A stretch of 18,777 bases of DNA, from positions 101,620-120,396 of IMG/VR virus record IMGVR_UViG_3300025122_000007; one strand, written 5' to 3'. The position numbers were made by a program, and so were the translations under genes. Of the stretch, positions 6,568-14,547 are shown one piece after another. Below the pieces are notes generated by a model. The model did no database searches. It saw only the letters and a program-made list of their open reading frames with translations, and had not been told where the DNA came from. Source of the stretch: a virus. Lineage: Duplodnaviria > Heunggongvirae > Uroviricota > Caudoviricetes. Every line of letters begins with the position of its first letter. Positions within the stretch are counted from its first letter, which is position 1.

Positions 6568-6992
6568 TGATTAACTATGCTGTTCAGGTAACCATCCAAG
6601 GAGACTCCTCTCAGGAAGACCTGTCTTCCGGAGACAAGAAGGTCTTGCACTCTCGTCCGTCTTTTAATGGAGACAGGCCCATCGTTCCGCTGGATACTCT
6701 TGCCAGCCATGAGAAACCAGCCCAGCCACTCGGTACAACACCCACAGTAAGAGAGATACTTGAAGGCTATCGTGAAGTCGATCGAAGAAGCCAGGAGGCG
6801 CTTGATCTTCTGGAGAGAAGAAGCCAGGGTCTCATCATGCCCATTGACCCCGCTACGCAACCAGACTTGTTCAAGACAGTCAACAACCTCTTCGAGTCAA
6901 AGGAACCTATAGTAGAGGTGACCTATTCAATGTATAGAAAGATCGTAGAGTATGCTAAAGACCTGGGTCTTCTATTAGGAGCAGAGGCCTAA
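6567..6992 (+). CDS. Hypothetical protein (141 aa)
   Basis: GAGGAG upstream, TAATG coupling at both ends, ends TAA. Confidence 0.8.
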   Translation: MINYAVQVTIQGDSSQEDLSSGDKKVLHSRPSFNGDRPIVPLDTLASHEKPAQPLGTTPTVREILEGYREVDRRSQEALDLLERRSQGLIMPIDPATQPDLFKTVNNLFESKEPIVEVTYSMYRKIVEYAKDLGLLLGAEA

Positions 6993-7372
6993 TGTCACAA
7001 CTAACACCCGCACAGATTCTTGAGTTGGAAAGAAGTGAAACAGATCGTCGTCAGGCACAGCTGCGAGAGCTATACCAAGAGATCTATCCTTTTCTTCTTG
7101 AGGACTTTGCACACAAAGAAGATGTAAGCACTGCAATCAAGAGACTGTCTGCAGGTCTTTCTACCCATTCACATGCAGTATCCGTAGCGGGAACCGCCGT
7201 TAAGCAGGAGGGCTTGACCACCTCAGTCATCTGGCTTGAGGGCTCTGTGTCTCTCTTGGAAGCGATTGCAACGAGTCTGATCAAGAGTGTCAGGGAAGGC
7301 ATAGAGTTCTTCACTGCCAGAGTTGATTTTGAGGGAAAGGAAAAGAAGAAGCCTTTCAGTTTGGTGGATTAA
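6992..7372 (+). CDS. Hypothetical protein (126 aa)
   Basis: AGGAG upstream, TAATG start and TAAATG end junctions. Confidence 0.8.
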   Translation: MSQLTPAQILELERSETDRRQAQLRELYQEIYPFLLEDFAHKEDVSTAIKRLSAGLSTHSHAVSVAGTAVKQEGLTTSVIWLEGSVSLLEAIATSLIKSVREGIEFFTARVDFEGKEKKKPFSLVD

Positions 7373-8854
7373 ATGGCAGCGCCACAAATTGTACTTGCTC
7401 AGATACAACAAGCAGGTGTTCTGGTAACCGCTTACGAAGAGTTCCTCTTTGGCAAGGTCCTTTCTGGATCTCTTCATGCAGAGCCTGCCCTTGATGCACT
7501 TCATACAAGAACCATTGTAAAGCACATGGAGGCTGCAACGGCCATCGGAACCGCCTTCAAAGAGGTAGAGAACAAAGACAAGACCGATCCTTTACAGGTC
7601 GTGGATACAGCGGAGAGAGATGCGGAAGAGGGAACAGACTCCGATCCGGTAATCGTCTCTCCTGCTGCAAGTCCCAATCCTGGAAAAGAGGATAGGCGTC
7701 CCAATATGGGGCTCGACTCTTGGGCAGGAGACATCTTTACTGGAGATACCGCTGAGGTTGAAAAGAAGCTTAGACAACTTTGGGCAAATTGTATTCCCTG
7801 TGATAGACCGACATTGGCTGGGGTCGATTGGGGAAACGTACTGGAGGCATTCGATCTAGACTGGAAGGCTCGTCTTCTTTGGTTGGATGAGCTATTTGAT
7901 TTCCTTGGTCGTCTTGATGAGTTGATTGATCTTTGTGATGTGCTCAACTTCCTCAATGGCATGTGTGTTCCAGACATCATTGCAATGATAGGAGTGCTTA
8001 AGTTCTTGCTTTCCAATCTGGCAAACTCATTGAAGGATGTTTCTCTTGGAGACTTGCTTAATGGGCTGCTTGGGTCCATGCTTCAGCCATATACAAATAT
8101 GCTTATGGCTATCTTGAGAAAATGGATGGGCCTTATCTTTCAGCCTATCGAATGTATTATAACCTCTCTGATCACTGAGATGGAAAAGATCCCAGGCACA
8201 GAGGGAGCAAGGCACTGCTTAAGAGAAGTCAATAAGTCCAACAAGAGGTTGGTACAGTCTACCCTTACTGGAGATACAAAGAAGTTTCAGGGCGGTCTGA
8301 CAAAGCTAGATGACTGCACTGGATTAGGGTTGGCCTATACATCTACTCTCGGTTCGTTAGGTCAAAAGCTTCTAGAAGGCGAGGCTCTGGCGAGAGACAA
8401 GTTATTGTTAGTAGAGAAGTTTTTGAAAGAGATCCTTATTTCAGATTCACAGTCTTCGGGTTTCTTTCTTAAAATCACTTTGCAGATCAAGCATCTTCTT
8501 AGGTTGCTGGCTTTTATGGGCGCGTTCCTTATCGTAGCGGTAAACTCTGAGAACATAGATGAGTATTGCAATGGAAAGGATCTCAGCGAAGATGCGATTG
8601 AGTCTTTTGTCGCTGCGTTGAGTCCGTCTATGCCGGGTGATGTTACAGTAAAGAGAGACGCCGACGGTGCTCTTGCAGGATTTATCTGGGGTGGCCTCGA
8701 GCTTGGCAGCAGCTCTGGTGGATCTGACAAGAACGCACAAGGGCAAGAGACACAAGAAGTGTTCTCTTCCTTTGCCAAGTGCACTAGAGGACATCAAAGC
8801 CTCGATCTAAGTCGTATGCAGGCTTGGATTCTAGAACAAGAGAAGGAGTTGTAA
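7373..8854 (+). CDS. Hypothetical helical protein (493 aa) with hydrophobic/amphipathic helices and 9 Cys
   Basis: Long ORF abutting both neighbours via TAAATG. Contains CIPC and the hydrophobic segments IIAMIGVLKFLL and LLRLLAFMGAFLIVAV. Confidence 0.85.
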   Translation: MAAPQIVLAQIQQAGVLVTAYEEFLFGKVLSGSLHAEPALDALHTRTIVKHMEAATAIGTAFKEVENKDKTDPLQVVDTAERDAEEGTDSDPVIVSPAASPNPGKEDRRPNMGLDSWAGDIFTGDTAEVEKKLRQLWANCIPCDRPTLAGVDWGNVLEAFDLDWKARLLWLDELFDFLGRLDELIDLCDVLNFLNGMCVPDIIAMIGVLKFLLSNLANSLKDVSLGDLLNGLLGSMLQPYTNMLMAILRKWMGLIFQPIECIITSLITEMEKIPGTEGARHCLREVNKSNKRLVQSTLTGDTKKFQGGLTKLDDCTGLGLAYTSTLGSLGQKLLEGEALARDKLLLVEKFLKEILISDSQSSGFFLKITLQIKHLLRLLAFMGAFLIVAVNSENIDEYCNGKDLSEDAIESFVAALSPSMPGDVTVKRDADGALAGFIWGGLELGSSSGGSDKNAQGQETQEVFSSFAKCTRGHQSLDLSRMQAWILEQEKEL

Positions 8855-10945
8855 ATGGCTTTTTGGGACGATTGGTTCAAAAGTACAGACGCTAAGAAGC
8901 AGAGATCCAAGACGATTAGGATCTCTCGTGTCCGCACATTGATAGACCCTACACTCAATTACCCCCAAGCTCTGGGCGGTGGTCGTTGGTCAGGCGATGG
9001 CTTCAACGTACCTGAATACAACTTCCTTGAGATAGGTCAGGCAGAAGACACAGAGTCTTATGTAATGCAGGCTCATCTAAAGAAGCTTGCACTGATGTTT
9101 AAGGAGGGCTTCGACTTCGTTGGTCAAGATGAGCAGTCTGTCCAGTATATCCTGAAGAGGATCTCTCAAATAGAAAGGGCCTGCTGTCATTCATTCTGGA
9201 ATCTCCTTGTGGGTGTCGGTCATGACCTGATCAGATACTCCAACTCCTTCATGGTAAAGGTTCGCAAAGAATTCGATAACAAAGGCAGACCTGTCTCTGG
9301 AGGGCTGGTTCGAACAACTCCTGATGGAAAGAAACTTGAACCTATCGCTGCCTACTTCCGCCTCTCCCCTGAAACCGTAGAGATCAAAAGAAACAAGTCC
9401 AATGGAAAGGTAGAAAGATATCGTCAGGTAATGCCAGATGGATCCAAGAAGGAGTATCCAGCTCACGACGTCATTCACTTCCACTTCAATCGCAAAGGTC
9501 ACTTTGACGTGGGGACTCCTTCAATCATTCCAGTACTAGATGATATCCGTGCTCTTCGTAGAATCGAACAGAACGTAGAGATCCTGGTCTACCAACACCT
9601 CTTCCCGCTATACCAATACACAGTCGGCACAGAGGACGCTCCCGCACAGGTCTATACAGACGGAGAGTCTGAGATTGACCTTGTACGCAAAGAGATTGAG
9701 ATGCTCCCTGCAGAAGGAATGCTCGTAACTCCAGAGAGACATGAGATCAAGCCTGTCGGAGCAGAGGGCAGTGCTCTAAAGGTAGAGGGATACCTAGAGC
9801 ACTTCAAGAAAAGAATTATTGCTGGACTAGGAGTTTCCGCTGTAGACTTCGGTGACGGAAACACTGCCAACAGAGCTACGGCAGATAATATGTCAAGGCT
9901 CTTAATCGACAATGTTAAGTTTTATCAACAGGTTCTCTCTGATCAGATCAAGACGTTTGTGTTAGATGAACTGTTATTGGAAAGCACCTTTGATGGCGAC
10001 AAGCTATCTTTGGACAGAGCGGTACGTCACCGCTTCAATGAGATTGATACTGAACAACAGATCAAGGTAGATACGCATGCCTCCTTGATGTACCAGTCGA
10101 ATGTCTGGACACTGAATGAGGCAAGAGAACGAATGAACAGGAATCCTCTTTCTCCTGGTGACGAGAGTGATCTTCACTTAGAGAAGGTTGAGAAGAGCAT
10201 GCTTCAAGAGACCGCAAGGTTGGCTCCTTCTCCTGCAGCGGGGTCTTCTTCGGACGATCCTGCAAAGAAGGCTACGGCTACAAAGACCAGACCTTCTAAT
10301 CAGCATGGGACCAAGAGTGGCCCAGAGAAGAAGCGTAGCTTTGTGGACATGGGGCTAGGTGAACAGTTCGACGAGATCAGAGACGACGTAATCTCTTTGA
10401 TCAAGAGAGATGGAGATAGACTTAACCAAGGCTTGATTCGACAGACCATCCTTGCTGGAGCGACAGCTTCAAAACAAGAGTATAAGAGCAAGGTCTTTAA
10501 CGCGATGGTCAGAGGAGCTAGAGCTGGTGGTCTTTCTCATAGCGACGCAGAGCAATTGGTCGGTAGGCGTATGACGCCTATGATCACACGGTTCGATTCA
10601 GACATAGATCGTCTTTATAGACAGGTCAGTCATCTGATTGGAAATCTAGTTTCACAAAGAGGAGACAAGTCTCCGGAGGTGAGGCTGGCATTCAACTCAT
10701 TGAGGTACAGAACAAAGTTCATTGCTGCAACCGACATGCATCGTGCAGAGAACTTTGGAAAGGGTATCGCCATGAATGCTCTTGGGCACGAAGTCGCGAT
10801 CTCAACACAGCACAGTGATGAGGATGATATCTGTAAGGAACGCCACGGACAGGAAATACAGCTCTTGGCTTTGGGAATCGATGAGGTTCCTCCCTACCAT
10901 CCCATGTGCCAATGTGATCTCACCCCAAAGAGGACAGATGATTAA
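8855..10945 (+). CDS. Portal protein with C-terminal MuF (Mu gpF/SPP1 gp7-like) domain
   Basis: Portal-like features: DLIRYSNSFMVK, VIHFHFNR...GTPSIIPVLDDIRALRRIE, YLEHFKKRIIAGLGV, GNTANRATA, TLNEARERM. Positioned between terL and the protease/capsid genes. C-terminal FIAATDMHRAENFG and PPYHPMCQC match MuF motifs. Confidence 0.9.
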   Translation: MAFWDDWFKSTDAKKQRSKTIRISRVRTLIDPTLNYPQALGGGRWSGDGFNVPEYNFLEIGQAEDTESYVMQAHLKKLALMFKEGFDFVGQDEQSVQYILKRISQIERACCHSFWNLLVGVGHDLIRYSNSFMVKVRKEFDNKGRPVSGGLVRTTPDGKKLEPIAAYFRLSPETVEIKRNKSNGKVERYRQVMPDGSKKEYPAHDVIHFHFNRKGHFDVGTPSIIPVLDDIRALRRIEQNVEILVYQHLFPLYQYTVGTEDAPAQVYTDGESEIDLVRKEIEMLPAEGMLVTPERHEIKPVGAEGSALKVEGYLEHFKKRIIAGLGVSAVDFGDGNTANRATADNMSRLLIDNVKFYQQVLSDQIKTFVLDELLLESTFDGDKLSLDRAVRHRFNEIDTEQQIKVDTHASLMYQSNVWTLNEARERMNRNPLSPGDESDLHLEKVEKSMLQETARLAPSPAAGSSSDDPAKKATATKTRPSNQHGTKSGPEKKRSFVDMGLGEQFDEIRDDVISLIKRDGDRLNQGLIRQTILAGATASKQEYKSKVFNAMVRGARAGGLSHSDAEQLVGRRMTPMITRFDSDIDRLYRQVSHLIGNLVSQRGDKSPEVRLAFNSLRYRTKFIAATDMHRAENFGKGIAMNALGHEVAISTQHSDEDDICKERHGQEIQLLALGIDEVPPYHPMCQCDLTPKRTDD

Positions 10946-11360
10946 CGAAGTTCTTCGAGAGCAAAAGAGGTTGGCTCAGCAAAGATATCGGGAGAATCAC
11001 CCTGATAGAGTCAAGGCTCAGAAAGCGGCTTATTACGAAAAGAATAAAGAACGTGAACAAGAAAAACAGAAAAGATATCGAGATCTTACCAAAGAGGAAA
11101 GAAAGCTTTATGATCGTAAATATAGAGTTAAGAGTAAATATGGCCTTGATTGGGATAAGTATAAAGAATTGATTTCTTCTGGTTGTGAAATATGTGGATC
11201 TATGCCCGAAGAAACTATTATGCACCTTGATCACGATCACTTATCTGGTAAGATTCGGGGCCCTCTGTGTATCCATTGCAATACTGCTTTGGGATCATTC
11301 AAAGATGATATTGCTTTATTGAAAAAAGCAGTTCAGTACTTAGAGAAGCAAGATGCGTAA
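10938..11360 (+). CDS. Endonuclease VII-family (HNH-like) free-standing homing endonuclease
   Basis: KYGL...CEICGS...HLDHDH.SGKIRGPLCIHCNTALGSFKDD...AVQYL is the canonical EndoVII pattern, preceded by a basic helical N-terminus. The start at 10938 (8-nt overlap with the portal stop) is preferred to the track start 10776. AT-rich relative to its neighbours. Confidence 0.9.
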   Translation: MINEVLREQKRLAQQRYRENHPDRVKAQKAAYYEKNKEREQEKQKRYRDLTKEERKLYDRKYRVKSKYGLDWDKYKELISSGCEICGSMPEETIMHLDHDHLSGKIRGPLCIHCNTALGSFKDDIALLKKAVQYLEKQDA

Positions 11361-11391
11361 GCGCCTGAGTAGGAAATTGGAGAAAAAGAGA

Positions 11392-13209
11392 ATGGATAAG
11401 TTTATTAGGTTCAGAGACTATATCGAGATCAAGCCAGTCAAGCTCACTGATGGTAGGCTCGCGCAGAAGTTTGCAGACAACCACCTTGGAGCAGGACAGT
11501 CCTTGGAGGTCCTTGCAGACCTGACATTCGCAGGACTGAAGACAAAGAACCGCGCTCTCTACCTGCCAGACGAAGTCGCCAGAGGAGTGAAGTCTTGGCT
11601 CAAGCCATACGGAAAGCCAATCCAGCTACACCATGAGGATCACTTAGATCCCATTGGCAGGATCATCGACGCCAGATACATCAACACCATGGACCAGGTC
11701 ATGCACGCCAACGACTCTGTAAGGGACTACGTAAAGCTTAATGACTTTTGGAAGGTCAAGGACAAGGCTGCGGTCTTTGGAGAGATGCTAAGACTTTCCA
11801 AGGATGAGACCTATCAAGGTCTTGGCCGTATCCGTGGACACCTGAGAATCACTGATAGAGATGCAATTGAGAAATTGGCAGACGGAAGATACCTTACTGG
11901 TTCTGCTGGCTTCAGAGCGGCACATGCCTGGTGTTCTACCTGCATGATCAACGATGAACCGACCGACTGGGCAGACGATGGTCCTTGCGACCACTCTCCT
12001 GGTGAAGACTACAAGGGTCTTGAGTGTGTACTTATTCCTGGTGGAATCGCCTACGATGAGTACTCTTTCGTCAACCACCCAGCTCTCGTTCATTCTCAGG
12101 TCGTAGAGCTCGGAACTGCAGGGTTTGCGGACAAGCGCGTTGATATCAAGATGGATGACAAGGAAATCCCTAAAGGATTCTATGAGCTTTTTGTTCGTAA
12201 TAAGGATGAAAATGGGGATGTGTCTGTTATTAATATAGAGGACGAGGAAGACAATAATATCCTCGACTTCCAAACAAGATTTACCGACATGCTGATGCTT
12301 CTAGACAAGAAGACAGAATCGGCAGAGGATATCGATCCGACAATTAAGGATCCAGAACAGAGGGAGACAAATATGCTAAGCCTCATGAACATTACCAAGG
12401 ACACAGCGACTAACTATGCAACGCTGGTCGAACACCTACCAGAGGACGCAAAGCTGACTGATGAGAAGTTAGCTGAGCTAGATGACTCCGCCTTCATTGG
12501 CGTAGGTAGAACATTCCCAGTGCCAGACGCTGCTCACGCAGAAGCCGTGAGAAAGGTCCTTGACCAGGTTGAGGAGGGAGAGGGGCTAAAGACCCTGCTT
12601 CTTTCTGAGCTTGACAAGGCTGAGAAGAAGTTTGATGATTCTCAGGGAAATACAGATACTTCCGATGACGCAGGAGTTATTGGAGAGGGAGATGGGGAAA
12701 CTGACCCCGTCACCAAGCTACAGGATGAGATTGAAGATCTAAAGGTTAAGCTTTCTGAGAAAGATCAGATGGTTGAGCTACTTCGTAGAAACCTCACCTC
12801 CGTAGAAGACGAGCTTAACCGAGCCAACGAGGCAGCTCTTGAGTTTAACAAGAGAGCTCATGATCTCGTGGCCGAGAAGATCGTTGACAAGAAGGTCGCT
12901 CTCGGAGAGACTGTTGAAGACAGAGATACCGTGATTAAGGATTTTGCATCCAGAACATGGGAGTCACTGTCTGACACGCTAAAGGATCTGGAAGGAAGAA
13001 CCTCCACTCCTGGTCTTGCCAGAGACACTGTAGAAGATGCAATCGTCGACGATCCGACGAACGAGACTGAGGCTGACCTCACCAAGTTCGCAGCAATCGT
13101 TGAACAATACAAGGATCATAAGCTCTATAAGGGCGCAGCCTGGGCCGAAATGTGGCTCCAGAACGTCAAGCATCAGGGACTTTTCCCAGCTGACGCAAAG
13201 ATCCAATAA
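11392..13209 (+). CDS. Prohead (capsid maturation) protease fused to a C-terminal scaffold/coiled-coil region
   Basis: His motif KPIQLHHEDHLDPIGR, Ser motif YLTGSAGF and DEYSFVNHPA, as in HK97-type prohead proteases. Acidic linkers and a heptad-rich C-terminus. Start 11392 has GGAG at 11379-11382; 11353 is an in-frame alternative. Confidence 0.88.
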   Translation: MDKFIRFRDYIEIKPVKLTDGRLAQKFADNHLGAGQSLEVLADLTFAGLKTKNRALYLPDEVARGVKSWLKPYGKPIQLHHEDHLDPIGRIIDARYINTMDQVMHANDSVRDYVKLNDFWKVKDKAAVFGEMLRLSKDETYQGLGRIRGHLRITDRDAIEKLADGRYLTGSAGFRAAHAWCSTCMINDEPTDWADDGPCDHSPGEDYKGLECVLIPGGIAYDEYSFVNHPALVHSQVVELGTAGFADKRVDIKMDDKEIPKGFYELFVRNKDENGDVSVINIEDEEDNNILDFQTRFTDMLMLLDKKTESAEDIDPTIKDPEQRETNMLSLMNITKDTATNYATLVEHLPEDAKLTDEKLAELDDSAFIGVGRTFPVPDAAHAEAVRKVLDQVEEGEGLKTLLLSELDKAEKKFDDSQGNTDTSDDAGVIGEGDGETDPVTKLQDEIEDLKVKLSEKDQMVELLRRNLTSVEDELNRANEAALEFNKRAHDLVAEKIVDKKVALGETVEDRDTVIKDFASRTWESLSDTLKDLEGRTSTPGLARDTVEDAIVDDPTNETEADLTKFAAIVEQYKDHKLYKGAAWAEMWLQNVKHQGLFPADAKIQ

Positions 13210-13226
13210 TTAGGAGAATCTAAGAA

Positions 13227-14519
13227 ATGGTTAGACTCTATACACCAATCCACAGAAGGTATTCAGACCAGGGAATTATTGTCCCGAACGTTGAGCTATC
13301 AGAGGGCATTCGTCCCTTTATCGGCACAGAGGTAGCCCCGTACCTTCCAGTACAGCAGCTAGAAGAGTATCATGGCGATCACTACTCTATCCTAACGGGT
13401 AAGGCAGTTTCCATGGACAGCTTGGGCTTCGTAACCCTGGCAGGACTCAGACTACAGATGGACGCAGTCCGTGACGACCCAGAGTATGCAAACGGTGCAG
13501 CCGGCAGCCTTGACTTCGGTGTTGCAGACGCTGATGGAATCATCGCAGGCGGCGCACTTACCCTGTATGACGCAACTGACGTTGCTCAGGCAGTTTGGGA
13601 TGCGCGTGGCGCAGCAGCCGTGGCTAACGAGCCTGTCATCTGGGCATTCCTCAGAGACACGCTAGGCAACTGTCCAATGGACTTCGGAGCAGGCGACAAC
13701 ACGACTGCATTCAATCCAGCAGGCGTTGTTGACCCGTCCGGCACAATCGTCAACACTGACGTTTACAACTTCGAGTTCGTAGACTCAGTCACCGTCGGTT
13801 ATCCACAGGGTGTCGCACCTTACTCATACTACAGAAGCTCTCGTAACTTGACGGCAGCAACTGCAGCAGCAGTAGGTCTGACCAGACCTTTCGGTGCCAA
13901 CGTGAACTTCTCTGTCTTCAGCCCAACCGGTCTGAGGCAGCACAACTACAACAAGCAGGGTCGTGTTGCGATCCTTTGTGACTATGCATGTGAGTACCCT
14001 TGGGTCACCACAGCAGCTAACGTTCTCATTGAGGGCATGGCAGTATTCCAGGGAGCTCTTCAGGCTGACGCTGGTGTAGGTCCTCGCCCTGGTGACTTTG
14101 TCACCATCAATGCAGCTTCCAACCTAGTCCTAGAAGGACGTGTTGGTGGCAACGCAAACAACAATGGTGGATGGGAGCAGGCTCCAGTAGTCGAGGGTCT
14201 TGATCTTGGAAACGGTGACGCAGGTCTCGTAGCCAACCAGAGAGCTCTTGAGAATAGGCTGGGACGCTTCGCTGGCTACCGCATGGGACAGCTACTAAGA
14301 GTACAGGATGCTCATGTTGATACCGCATATCTGACGCGAGTTAGGTCTAGGTTTGAAGACAACGGCGGATTCGCCGGAGCAACGTCCGACTTTACGGACA
14401 TTGACAGACTGCCAGGTACGGCGACGGGCGGACAGCCTTGGAACGTATGGGCAGCAGGACGCACAGACGCGGCTCCAGCAGAGACTGGAAGCGTAATCGT
14501 TAACTTGATTTCTCGCTAA
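13227..14519 (+). CDS. Putative head decoration/cement protein (430 aa)
   Basis: Lies between protease and MCP. AGGAG SD, Gly/Ala/Asp-rich beta composition and strongly biased codon usage. The role is inferred from position. Confidence 0.65.
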   Translation: MVRLYTPIHRRYSDQGIIVPNVELSEGIRPFIGTEVAPYLPVQQLEEYHGDHYSILTGKAVSMDSLGFVTLAGLRLQMDAVRDDPEYANGAAGSLDFGVADADGIIAGGALTLYDATDVAQAVWDARGAAAVANEPVIWAFLRDTLGNCPMDFGAGDNTTAFNPAGVVDPSGTIVNTDVYNFEFVDSVTVGYPQGVAPYSYYRSSRNLTAATAAAVGLTRPFGANVNFSVFSPTGLRQHNYNKQGRVAILCDYACEYPWVTTAANVLIEGMAVFQGALQADAGVGPRPGDFVTINAASNLVLEGRVGGNANNNGGWEQAPVVEGLDLGNGDAGLVANQRALENRLGRFAGYRMGQLLRVQDAHVDTAYLTRVRSRFEDNGGFAGATSDFTDIDRLPGTATGGQPWNVWAAGRTDAAPAETGSVIVNLISR

Positions 14520-14547
14520 AAAGAGGAGAATCAGATAGGAGATACAA

